A stretch of DNA of 64,000 bases. Origin: Lingula anatina (lineage: Eukaryota; Animalia; Brachiopoda). How positions within the stretch are numbered: the first letter of the stretch is position 1; the number at the start of each line of letters is the position of its first letter. The stretch is taken from assembly GCA_051362555.1 (NCBI GenBank), contig CM120643.1:12002644-12066643 (forward strand), in the 5' to 3' direction. This document shows positions 1-12,994 of the stretch, in pieces. The notes below the pieces were generated by a model. That model did not search any database. It was not told where the DNA came from and saw only the letters and a list, made by a program, of their open reading frames with translations. Position numbers and translations under genes: made by a program.

Positions 1-1165
1 AAGCAACGCAGCTTACTATGGGATTCTTGCTCTCAGAGAAAATGGCCAGAAACGGACAGCCATTGCCAGGTAATTCAACATTTATCAGGAACCGTTTGTG
101 AAGTACTCCAAAGAAATGCTGCTACAGGGGCACCTACTCCAATACCTCGACCAGGGTGTCCGCGTATCGCACCAAGAAGACAGGATCGCCTTCTCCTTAG
201 TGGACGCCGTGCTGGTCGTACAAAGACAACCAGTGTCCTCAGAAAAGAGAGGCAGAATGTCATTCAAACGCCTGTTTCAAGGTCCCACGTGAACAGGAGA
301 TTTCTGCAAGCCGGTTATTTTGCACGAAGGCCAGTAGGGAAACCACTGTTAACAGGAGGTCATGTTCAGCGACGTCTGCAAAGGGCTGAGGACCACGTGC
401 GTTTGCAGCCAAAACACTGGAATCACATTGTTTTCAGTGATAAGGCCAGATGTGGATTTTTTAGGGTTGATCGTCGAATCCGTGTCCACTGACGTGTACG
501 AGGGGCATAAAACAATGATTGTGTACTGCCTAGGGTGCAAGCAGGGGATGGTAACGTCTCTGTTTGGGGAGTATTTCATGTCGGTGCCCAGAACCAGTTG
601 GTTTTTCTAGGAGGCAACCTCATCCAGGATTCCTACAGAGACATTCTACAGCAAACAATGCTTCGATTGGTAAGATTCATCTTCAGGAACAGCTTTGTGT
701 ACCATGACGACTGAGCAACCCCACATCGAGGCCGCAGAATCACTGTTTTTCTTCAAAACCAATGGGTTCAGCAACTGCCCTGGCCTGCAAACTCTCCAGA
801 TATGAACCCAATTGAAAATCTGTGGGCGGAAGTAACTCACAGAATTAATAGCTATGGTCCTCGGCCGGTAAATAGTGATGAACTGCGACAGGCAAATATC
901 ACTGCGTGGAATGATATCCCCACCCAAACTCTAAAAAACGTGTCACAGGATATGCCATGTAGGATGAGGGCGCTGCAAGCGGCTGCTGGAGGTCATACCC
1001 GCAATTACTGACTTTTCATGATTTACTGTAGTGAGTTCTTTGACTGTGTAACATATCACTGTCCGGAGGCTATCATTATCTTTAATATCTTATCTTAAAG
1101 TTTATACTGACATCAAACTGTTGATATGGTTTTCTGGGGGTGTTCCTTTCTTTTGAATGGCATCT
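1..1165 (+). mobile_element. Tc1/mariner DNA transposon remnant with a frameshifted transposase; left end lies outside the window
   Basis: Fragments RRFLQAGYFARRP..KPLLT, HWNHIVFSDKARC and WPANSPDMNPIENLW...MPCRMRALQAAAGGHTRNY* (stop at 1011) are Tc1 DD34E transposase signatures split over several frames. A TIR-like end GGGGTGTTCCTTTCTTTTGAATGGCA lies at about 1137-1162. Confidence 0.9.
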
Positions 1166-1380
1166 TATGTCAGATTTAATATTATTGACCAAAATATCTC
1201 ACAACAGAAGATTGGATGTTATTATCACTCAGTGACATACTTTTTTAATGACTCAAGCCAAAAAAAAATTTAATCAGCACTCAAAAATAACAACGATAAA
1301 AAATATTCCATATTAAGTGGTAACCCTGTATGCTGAAGAATTTGGCTGAGGGGTGCGTAGTGCATAATTTGATGTGTGTT

Positions 1381-1597
1381 TTAGACTGCATTCTCACAGA
1401 TTTTAGATCGATCTATCCCCGTGGGGAGTCTCACTAGATTACTGTCAGCTTAGCCGGCTTAAATGTCTGTCCCGCCTACTAAAAGCTGTAAGGGGCTAAC
1501 TATAGTGCGCGCTCGGCTGACAGCAATTTAGCGTGAACCCCCAGGGAGTTAGGTCGATCCAGATGGATCGATCTAAATCTGTGGGAATGCATTCTAA
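1381..1597. mobile_element. Foldback MITE (PIF/Harbinger-like)
   Basis: Long terminal inverted repeats ttaGACTGCATTCTCACAGATTTTAGATCGATC and GATCGATCTAAATCTGTGGGAATGCATTCtaa, with inner IR ctgtcagc/gctgacag and TTA/TAA flanks. Resembles the element at 47535-47739. Confidence 0.7.
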
Positions 1598-4500
1598 GAT
1601 CGCGTGAAAATCTTTGTGAAAATACCCTGCTGATTTAATATATAAATACCAAATGCAAGTTCAAGAAAAGACTTCCTTTTCAAACGAAATAGTATCTTTG
1701 TTAATGAAACATTTCATGGTATATAATATTTTAAACAAATAGAAAAAACTGAACTTGAAAAGCGACATCGATTCATGTTCAGTATTTTGGCACCCTGAGA
1801 TTTATTGTCTCCTCACATGTGGCGCAGTAGCCATTAGTAGCGTAAGCTCTACCATTTTGAGATCTATTTCAGTTATTTGAAAATAAATCATTTAACGTGT
1901 CTGTACAATAGCCAACACATGTTTAAAATAATTTAACATGAGTGCGGTTAGCCTGCAGCTTGTATTAACTTGTAGGAACTCTACATTTACACGAAGAGCG
2001 CAACGAACAACGTGTATGGGGTCACGTAACAATTAGACGAATTCAGATTTAAATGTCATTGTTTAAATACGTTACATGGATCACAGTGTATTACATCGTG
2101 ACAAGTTCGAAGAAAATGCATTAAGAATACTTATTGCAATTCAAGTATGATGTAAGTGTGTTTTACTCCCTTTGAAGATTGCTGTCCAACAAATAATTTA
2201 ATAAGGTGGTTCGACTTAAATAGCTAGATGTTTAAGATTTTTAACAAGTGCTTCATCAAAGCTTTCATTTCGCTTCATGATTAAATGTTAATAGATGTCT
2301 TGTTTGCGTGTACGTTCATTATTTTTCACCTTTAATAATGGGTAAAACACTTAAGAAAATTAAGACATCGGAGCTGGTCCAGTCCTTAAAATTTTTTACT
2401 CCTGAAAGATGGTTGCAATTCTTTAAGTAATTGTTTACCTATTATAAAGGTAATTTACAAAATAAAATAAATGTTTCTTAAAATCCAAATAATGGAATAC
2501 ACAAGGTATTAATATTTGTTAACTTTCTTTTTTACTTTATAATTGTAAAAAGATTTTTGCTCATATCCATCTCAAAATTATTATTACAGTTTTTAATTAA
2601 ATTTGAATGTTAAGATTCTCTGATCTTAGTATTCAGGTAAATCTGACTGTGAAAAATTGTACATAGAGAAACTGAGGACCGCCTTTTAATAAAATATGTA
2701 CTGACTACACTCAAGACCACTGCAGTATAAATAAGCTTACCTTTGGATATTCACGTTACGTCAAACAGTGTAACCCAAGAGTTTTTCAACAGATTTCTTT
2801 TCGAAATTCCTTCCAGCAGAAGTTGAGTGAAATCCTCTTAAAGAAGTGTGTCCGTGAACTACCTTTCTCGTGTCATTATATACACACATCCACGAGGTAG
2901 ATGTTACTCATACATGTGCCTTGAAATTAGAATAAACTTGCTGGGAAGTTCAATTATCGGGACTTGATAGGCTATTTTACGCTGCCGTCTACGAGCACAG
3001 GCGTGACTTCGCGAAGAAATTAAACCAATTAATCAAGCTGGCAAACGTACTTCCTTGAAATGCATGCAGTGTAGCCACTGGCTTTTGACATTTTTCTTTC
3101 TTTTGATTTAAACCCCAACGATAAAATGTTGTTATGAATTTAAACTTTTCCAACTTTTGTGACACTGCCAGCCAATTTAGATTTGAAAATTTAAAATCCT
3201 TCAAGGAAAAGCTAGATTCCCATATCCCTTGGAACAAGACAAGGACATATATTTTCCACCGATGTGACGACCAATTCATATAATTTTCAGCAACAGTCAG
3301 TGGTTTAGAATTCGCAGTCGGGACTAAGGCTGATTTCCTGACAATATTTCATAAGTAACTGCAGTCCCATGGATTTATTTGGCAGCCCGAGAAACTTCTC
3401 CCAGCTGACCACGTAGTTGTCCTATGAATTGATGTAATCTCCCTGTGTGTGTCCTGCATTGCCCATGCTTTCCTAATGGACCATAAATCACGAAATAACC
3501 ATTTACACTGGGTTTCAGAAATTTACACTTGGTGTCCGATATCCATTTCTCCTTGAACAGTCAGGTCAACTTCATGATGAGGTATTCAAACCCTTAAAGA
3601 TAATAATTCTTTAAAAAAAAAAGAACAAACGTTTTACACACCTACGATTTCTCCTTGTAACAGTGCTGCTGTCAGGTCAAATTCATGACGACTTATTCAA
3701 ACTTTTTTTAAGAAAATAAAATGCAAAATAGTAGAATTTACTTCTCGGGCGTTTTTACACGGCTTGTATCTGAAGATAAGCCGAGAGCTTAAATGGTCGC
3801 TATCCTATCCATAATACATGTCATCCCAAGTTTAATATTGTCCATATTTATTCAATCTAGCTGCGCTCGTACACTAATCTGATTGCCTGACAAACATTTG
3901 TTCAAAGGCGTATTTAACCCAAATTTAACCTTTGTTTGGCAACATTTAAGACGCAAAACAGTTCTGTAGTGTTTGTTGTAATTTCACACCCAGATTTATG
4001 ACGTCTAAGGTGATTGAGAATTGATCGGGTCGAATATTAATGATGTATGTGACAGGCATCATTGAAATGTGAGTTCATATATAAGAGTTAAAATCGGTAT
4101 CAGTAAAAAAAAAAAACCTCCGACAGAAAATAAACAGATAAAAAGCAATATGAAGATGATGTAGAAGTGGCAATGAAGCAATTGTAATAGTAAGAAGTGT
4201 CTACATGTAGTGAGGAATGGATTGCTTAGAATAAGGAAGACAAAGCACCAAATGTACCAAATACACCAAATGTACATGTATAATCTCCTTACAATCACAT
4301 GAGCCATTTGAACAGACATTTGGTTGAGTAGCATGAGAAGTAATAAGTGACTAACAATTCTTAAACTGTTTCCAAGAACTCCTGACGGCATTTGTTAGTT
4401 TTAATTTCAGAGATTGGCACTCAAAAGGGCCTCTTGCGTAACAAATGCAAATTATCTATGTAATTTTTCAAGCAGCCACACGCTCTGTTACATTTATCAT

Positions 4501-4931
4501 TGCCGTTTCTAGGAAATTTGAAGGGGGTGATGGGCTCGCTTACTTAACTTTCTTGTGATCCCTTAGATATCGATCTAAGTGCTAATTCCATTTTATAGCT
4601 CACAAACAGGAACATTTCACCTTCATCATTGATGGGAGACGCCTAACGTAATCCAATGCATTGCTGATTACATGACATATCGTTAATCTAAAACAATTAG
4701 CAGGCAATGTATAGTATTAAAGATAAATCCAACATGACCCATTTATCGAAATGACTCTGACTTCAGCTTACCAGTTGTGGATATAATCCACGTGTTTTAA
4801 TCAACACCGTGAAACCAGGAAAGCTAAAAAAAGTTTTAAGTTTTTACTTTTTTATTCGAAGAAAAAAAAATCAGCATTGACAAGATACGTTCTCTGGGCT
4901 GCGAGAAAGATGTTGGCATTATTTCTTAAAA

Positions 4932-4932
<1 letters not shown>

Positions 4933-4975
<43 letters not shown>

Positions 4976-4976
4976 A
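4933..4976. repeat. (AAAT)n microsatellite
   Basis: Perfect tandem run seen directly. Confidence 0.95.
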
Positions 4977-5267
4977 ATGTAATGATACCTACGTACTTTT
5001 TTATTCATTCTATAAATTCTTAAATTCAAATCCATTTTAAAATCAAGTCTAAACCCAGCTTGACAAACTTCGGGTGATTCCGTTCACTTTGCTCGTTCGG
5101 TGAATGACGGTACGGAATCAACCAAGGTGTGCACACTGGTTTGAATGCACTGTCTGCGCAGCTAACACAATCAGTGAAGCAGAGTTCACAACCTGTCTTC
5201 TCTACTGCAATCACTGAGTGTTATCTTCGCCACCGCAATGGGTGACAATACTTTGAACAATCTACAC

Positions 5268-5845
5268 TTAGTGGAAGACGTGGTCGATCTTGTCCGAGTA
5301 GAGAGGGCGGTAGCCACACTGGACGTTGCGTGGCCAGTCGCAAGCCTTGGCGTAGTCATTGTAGACCAGACCTTTGGGACATGGACGGTATCTGTAGACG
5401 AGGTAATTCTTACAGGTCAGATACTGGCTGCAGCCTGCAGGCTCCTCGTAATCGCCGGATGGATGGGGGCAAACTGCAAGAAATTTTTTCAAATTAGTCG
5501 TGATCTTGTTCAGCTTTTATGTCTTCTATCGTGTTGGGATAACATGCAATGAATGGATTGGAATAGGTCCCCAGCAACTGAGGGATCTGTAGTATTATAC
5601 TGGTACGGAGGGCTTTATAGTAAGTTTAAAGCAATCTTTAATATTACATAGATAATGTCTTTAAAAAACAATGTTTAGTATCTGAATATGGAAAATAAAA
5701 GTTAGTTTTATAAATACAGTTAACCCTTTGCTCGATATAAACTCCTTTGGTAATTGCCCTAAGCAAAACATGTAAGTATTTATTTATTAACGTGATCTAT
5801 GATATAAATACATCACCCGGCCTCATGGGCCTACAAGCCACCGTT

Positions 5846-5927
<82 letters not shown>

Positions 5928-8170
5928 CATTATTCAGGATAAAAAAAGAGACACAAGGAGATGTCTTTATTTCAGGGATTTATATATATATATATACCAG
6001 AAACAAAGAAGTATGTAAGAACATGTAAGAAAACATATTTATATTAGTCAATTAAGACGTGACAAGAATTAAAATAGTACAAATAGTTGGGTTTACGGCG
6101 CTGGGTTGCAGGCATGCGGCCTACATCAATTTGCGTTAACAATGCATATTATTCTTATCTGACGTCCTAGCATGCCGCCCGTCCTCCATCTCAAATACGC
6201 AACCAGCGAGTAAAATTAATACTTAACGAGGGCTTATCTGGCAATGCAATTTTTTGTTCAACCCGTCCCATCGCCCCTCTTCCTCACCTCGTCGAGCCTA
6301 GCACGGGCAGGGCATGGTGAGATAATGGCTTTGGGAGCTGATGCAATGAATGCTCATATGAGATGTTAGCAAGAGTCGCGCACTGCTTTGTGAAGAAATC
6401 GAGGGTCCGTGTATCAGCGAGTCCACCCTGTATTTGATTCATACAGGTCAGGGTTAGCATGACGTCAGTGCACAAGGGACTCCCTCCTAAGTGCATATAA
6501 CACCGGAAAGCTATTTACAAGGATACCCGACCCCCCCCCCCCCCCCCCCAGCTCCGCACACCCTCTCTCTTGAAGCACATCACAAATACACGTATCTGCC
6601 CATTCAGTATGGGTCTAATAATTTGCAGTAACTAGGGTTTGTTATTTAGCTAGTAAACAGGTAGCTTTTGTCACCATATAGGCCTAGATATTTTTGAAAA
6701 TATGTATTCATTCTTGGATAAGATAAGCTGAAATTCCCTGGTGCAAATTTTCTGGTATGTCGTACTACCCGGTAATAACAGGAGCATTTTTGGAGGGTGG
6801 CATCGTATTTTGTTCAAATCCAGATCTTTATATCATACGAACACTTAAAAAAGAAATACATGCATCTGTACTTCTTGGTTTGAGTGTGTGACGCTGTGAA
6901 CAATGGTTCTACTGTATTCTCCTGGCAAACGCTCAGGTGAACACCGTCACGGCGCTCGTGCAATTTGCCATTTAGTATATATAGATCACTTGTTCCGGCG
7001 CATGGAATGACTTCAACACAGTCATTTAATTTATACTTGTCTTTTCAACGCCCCAGCAGTTTTATCCCATTTGAAAGAGGCACAGAAGGCAAGTGGCAGG
7101 TTCGAAGTCGGGGGGAGGGGGGGTCTGGTGGCTCCAAATAGTCGCCGTTTTGTCGGGAAAAGGTTCTCACTGATTCAGAGTTTGTTCTAGGTTCTATACC
7201 ATTTTTAAGTTGGGTCAACTAAGATAGTAAAAAGGTCAACTTTTTTCAGAAAAAAAAACGCCTCCCATGGTCTAAAATTTCTGGCTAAAACTCTAAGTGG
7301 TGGCTTAATACCAGACCGATAGTCACCTGAAATCTCGCCAGTCTGGACGCAGGGATGGAGAGTAAAAACTTCTATGGTTTCCTAACATTAATGGTCAATA
7401 GAGCACGGTGTGTGTTCCCAAGGTATGAATGACACCCGTTCTAGACGTCGTTAATGTCCTTCCATCAGCACGCACAATGTAAATGATATGATGACCGAAC
7501 TCGTGTCAAATACAGGGCATTCTATAGGCTAACAGATGCTTTTGATTCTTTGCCTGGCTTATTTTAAATGCACCAAAGTTAACCTGACTACGCTCCTGTC
7601 TTTATAAACATTAAGGCCTACAATTTTCAATTTGTCCAAAAATGGATTTTCCCGAGGTAATTTTCCTATACTTACCAATGCTTAATGCATTCGTTCCGAC
7701 ATTCAAGGTTATTTCCTTTTTTTTTAATTATGCAAGTGCCTGAAGAAGAACAAGATGTTTTGGAGCAATAACTACATGTACCTTCATTTCTAAGCACTGG
7801 TCTGGCGCCACATTGGACCTCATCTGGGCTCTCACAGCTCTTCTTGTAGTCGTCCCACAGCAGGTTACCAGGGCAGGTCATGCGGGCAAGAACGTTCCAG
7901 CGGCAGATCAGGAATCCGGCGCAGTTTTCGGGGTCGGCCTCCTCGCCGTCGTAACAGACGTGCTCCTTCTTGTAAGCCGCAGCTGGAAGATATCGTGATA
8001 TTTCCAATCTAGGTGTTTAAATTTCATAGCATTATTCAGGATAAAAAAAAGAGACACAAGGAGATGTCTTTATTTCAGGGATTTATGACATTTGTATGAA
8101 ACTGTTTTAATCAAGATTGCAGCTTAATAAACAAATACAAAGGACGCTATCAGCAATGTCTATTAATACA

Positions 8171-8231
<61 letters not shown>

Positions 8232-11200
8232 GAAGATAGTAGTAGTTCTACTACATGGTACTTAAATTTAAGTGATGAACCCATTTCGCTGTGAGATCTG
8301 CAGCCAGTTCAAGAGGTCAGAAACACTGATCGGCACTTCTGCACTTCAAATAATTGCACGGAGCTTACCGTATTCGAGCTGATTCATGTACAAAAAACAT
8401 TCCATAATGAAAATATAAAATAATAACAGTGAAAAAAAAACATTCAAAGCAGTCAAGGGCTTACTGTCATAGTATGGTCTGCTGCAATCGGCCTTCTCTG
8501 GCACCACGCACTGGGCGTCCCATCTGTCCCATTTCTTGTAGTGAGGACACTGCAGGACCAGGCTGACCTTACCCCCAACACACACCACGTACTTGGTACA
8601 GTCGTAGATGTCGCCAAATATTCCATCAGCTTCCACGCATGGTGGGTCCACTGCAATGATATGATTATTTAAAAAAACATGGCACTTTTAACGATATTGG
8701 ACACTTTTCGTTAAGGGTGTCGATGCATCAGGCCGGGATCGTTGGACACGCGTACCGTGTACTTACTGTAAAAACAGTCGAATATGCCGTCAGGTTCTGC
8801 ACTGAAATTCAGTTTCCTTATGGTATTCTTATTTCAAAAACAAACAAACTAATAAACGGCACATTTTCACGCAGACGCTGGAACAATTCAAACATTATTT
8901 TATTATCAAATTAATTACGCTTTTCTGGGAAATGTTGATAGCTGATACATGATTAAGCAAATGATAAATAAAATAGAAGGAATAATTTTAGATAAAAGCC
9001 AATAAACCAATGAAACTGATACACGTTATGTATTTTACAGTATGGATATTGCATAGGACATGGAGATACGGTGCTTCTGTTGTCTCAATAACCCCACCAA
9101 TGCCGTGATGCGCACATATTAGTCAAGACGAGTGAAAGATTGTTCAAACAGACAACCATCGTTGTCAGCAATCATGTATGGTTGTGGATAAACTGAGACA
9201 GATTGCTGTGAACACGATAGACCGAAACTGAGGTGTAACAGAATGCAGGCCCTCCATTTAGTTATAATTGTGTGGGTTAGCCTGACCTAAGTGGGTTAAA
9301 ATTTAGGGCGGGGCTCATCTGTACAAGTGAATGGGAAAAGGACTCTTTATCATGGGGGACTCTCTGTCACGTTACACCGGGACCAAGCAGAGTGTTGGGT
9401 CGCGTTAATAATAGGTCGAATTACATAATCGATTTTAAAATTAAATTTTCATTTCAAAACTGTTTTCTGTGAGATCCGTCTTGCATAAAATTAGCCTAGA
9501 GTTGGGCATCGTTGGCATCTTCCAAGTCTACAAGATACGCTTGTTTTGATTCATGTGTAGTGGTACAGGTTTATGATTTATCTTCGTGTCAGTCGTTCTC
9601 AAGGTTTTAGAAAGGTATAATAAAATAATATACATCTCATATTGAACATGTTGAACATTCTTAATAGAAACAAGGACAAGTCATTGAAATCTTCTTACAT
9701 ACAGGGGGTATACAACACATCCCTTGTGAATTAATTGTTTTCTATGGCATAAATGATGAAAGTACCCCTGTATAATTGGCATTTCGTGTGTGAAACCAAT
9801 GCTCGGAAAAGGCCTCGTCACAACGACTAGCATTCATAGTGTTCCACCAACAAAAGGAAGTTTGAGCTGCCCAAACAGGCTAAACACAGACCTGATGTTG
9901 TATTTTATCATTGAGCACACATTAAAGATTCTGACCACACTTGTTAACACGTAAACCTAAACAATGAAAACTTTCTTTTGATTCTGACCAAGGACGAATT
10001 TCCTTGTGCTGACTAACCACTTGACGTGCTCATCATCTCACCCTATGTACCTGTGGATACCAGGTTTGCCATGAAACAAGGCACACTCTGGCTTTTATTT
10101 AGTAATGACTTATTGAGATCATAAAGATTTCAAGTTATGCTTGAGATAAATTACTGCCTCATATACACTGTACTGGTACTACGGACACGTGGTGCGCATA
10201 AAATTAAATTGATTTAAGGAAGGTTCTTAAACTGTAGCAATTTTTCTTGTTTTCCACCTGGTAAGTCACGATGAAAGGTACCACGTGATTGATTAACATT
10301 AAGATAAAGTGATTGTTCTTCCTGTTAGTACTTAGTGGTAAGGGACGAACTACTTAAGGAAATACAGTTTTTATTCTGACCATCCTTAAAACGTGAAAGA
10401 GTACAAGCGCATAATGAAAAATAAACAACTATCACTTAAAAATCCTCTTTGGTTTCAGCATGTATGTTGAATGGCAATTTATCTTTCTACCGCAACAATA
10501 CTGTTTCTTTTTGATTGAAATTCAAACGCACTTCACAAGTCAATTGCTATCACCATAGCGGCATCTTCAGAAAATGAAATGACGTTACCAAAATCACCAC
10601 AATACTTACATTTAAATTTTGGTCGCGGTTCCAGAACAGCGGAAATCGCAGAAAAGAAATTAATTTTTGCTAAGAACGTTTTACATGTGCTCCCTTTGTG
10701 TCAGAAAGAGGTGCGTACGTCTACCAAAAAGGTACATGTACGTCTGGTGATTTACAAGAATGAAAAGCAGCACATTTTAAGTCTGTCCAGAAAAATATTA
10801 TGAAAAAAAAATTGAATAGTATGAATGAATCTTAAAATAACCGTTATGGGGTAGAGAAAAACGAGGGGTGTCATGAGAATGATTTAAATGTTACTGTCGC
10901 CAAGTACGTGGTCGTACAAAGAGTCGATTCCACATTGAAAAAAAAAATGCCATCAAAATATTTCACTGAGCCATCATATCTCTTATATTTGTACTTTGGA
11001 CTTCAAATAATTAATTTGGTGTCCCTTTTAAAACCAATTTTGAACAAAGTTTCATTCCATTTGGCAGTTATTAGTAGAACACACGTCAGAGACGTACACT
11101 CGTACATGCTACTCGATGTATTTTGGCAACGTACACATTTTGGCAAGACAAAGTTACGTTATAAATACATTTACGAATCGTCTTCATGACAAACGTTAAA

Positions 11201-11311
11201 TCACACAAGATAAATGCAACACATTACCAGTAACTGGATGGAATACTTACATTCGACGCCGCAATGGACAGCCAAAATCAATCCAGCAAAAATAACACCG
11301 GTTGCCAGCAT
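5268..11311 (-). CDS. Secreted protein with three chitin-binding type-2 (CBM14/peritrophin-A) domains, Obstructor/CPAP3-like architecture, about 217 aa
   Basis: Exons 11311-11251 (signal peptide [20 protein letters not shown]), 8650-8465, 7982-7782 and 5473-5268. All introns are GT-AG and phase 1; total 654 nt, in frame. Exons 2-4 each hold one 6-Cys domain (e.g. [20 protein letters not shown]...[22 protein letters not shown]). AATAAA on the - strand at about 5000. Confidence 0.9.
5849..5996. repeat. (TA)n microsatellite interrupted by an insert of about 58 bp
   Basis: TA runs at 5849-5925 and about 5981-5996 flank a copy of 8026-8086. Confidence 0.9.
8174..8230. repeat. (CA)n(GA)n compound microsatellite
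   Basis: Seen directly. Confidence 0.95.
9232..9380. mobile_element. Short dispersed non-autonomous element (copy 1; copy 2 at 20015-20178)
   Basis: Shares GGGTTAG..TGACCTAAGT.GGT.AAAAT.TAGGGC..GGCTCA..TGTACAA.TGAATGGGAA..GGACTCT...TCATGGGGGACT...CACCGG with 20015-20178. Confidence 0.7.
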
Positions 11312-12994
11312 TTTCGCTCCGTGCAAATGGTTTCGGTGATGGAATGGCACTCCACTACATATATGAACAACCTTGCTTTGTTACAAATGGGGGAAACAAT
11401 GTGGACGAGTCCAATACTGCGGGAAGCTTATATTCTCACAGATTGAGGGAAGGGAACGTTTTTTCAACCAATGGGATGGGATAGTAAACTTGAATTATAT
11501 CAAGAAAAATTGAATATAAACCGTACGCTAATTAGTTTTATTAGATGTGCTCAATTTCTTATTGTGAAGTGTATTCAGTGCAGACATAATTTTTTTTACA
11601 GTTTATTGTATTTTTTACCTGCTCAACCTTAAACTAGACCTGACCTTTTAATAATTCCTTTTCAAAATCGTTAGATTCCCAAAACAAAGCCATACTTATA
11701 TGCACACCGCTTATTTGTTTTACTCACGCATGCACAACACAATGAATTTAAACACAAATGTTGCATTTGATCAACTAAGCTCATATGCCAAAAACTATAG
11801 ACCAACCATTCATTATTTCTATAGGGTTATGACGATATGCTACATAGAATAATTTCTGAGTAAAAATAAAACTTTATTAATCACAAATAAAACAACAAAT
11901 ATTAGTATTAAATTTTCAGAGTGCCAAATTTCTTTGGCAAGGACAATTATTAAAAATGATTGCATCTTGGAAAATAGAAATTTTGTTCAGGAAAACTTGG
12001 AGAAAAAAACATTACATGTTTTAAGATAAGTTAAAAATGTGTAAAGAAAATCGTTTTACAACTGTAGGGTCACAATATTGGAGTAGAAGATAAATTCATT
12101 ATTTTGCAGTTATGCAGAATGCACGCGGTTAACCAAAAGGTGCACGAGCACTAAAATGACATTTAACCACCACTTATTATCATATTCATCATACGTTCAC
12201 ATGTATATAGTTATTAATTGATTTTAAGTATACTGATATAAGTTATTATATGGTAAATATCTAATAACCGCATAATTTGGTTGTTAAACTCTCTGGCCTG
12301 ACATGACATCTCGGTCCTGGCTCGATATGGTATACAGCGATAATTTGTGGCCTGACATGGCTTATACGTGGGCTCCAGTCAAACACACTTAAGGTCAAGG
12401 TGAGATGTAGATGTGATGTTCACCGTTTTCTTACAGGTAAATATTCTTCTCAAAATTGTTCAACAAAGTAGCCTCTTGATACTTTTCTTCTTTACGATTG
12501 AAATGGGCATCAGTAGTACCTATGATATCAAATCTAATCTAATAGACAGTATCGGACTGCACTGATTTTATGGTTTTGTACGGAGTATTTGGCACTTGAC
12601 AAAGTTGACTTGTGTTGTTGCACTTTAAAGATAACATTTACAACAAAACGTATTTTCTATACTATTTAGTCTATTATTTTCATCATCTCATAAGTTCATC
12701 ATCTGTATTCTACCTGTTGATCAATAGTGTGTGCGTATGTTATACTGCGCGTTGATAACAGACAAACATGACCACTTTTTGGGTATACTTTTGTAGTATA
12801 CCCCCCCCCCCACCCCACCCTGTAACTTTCACTTTTCAAGCAGTTTTTTTACAGGGGTATATCACAAAAGTACCACTTTTTGCAGGTGGGCTAGCTATCA
12901 CCATTGTAATACTTGAGAGAGAGTCTGAATGCACTGATCACTGGGACAGAACAAAAGAACTGTCTGAACCACAAACTCCAGTACCAGCAAAACC

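Noticed and set aside
4059-4391. 110-aa hydrophobic ORF
   Set aside because: It reflects A-rich composition on the opposite strand; no domain or splice support.
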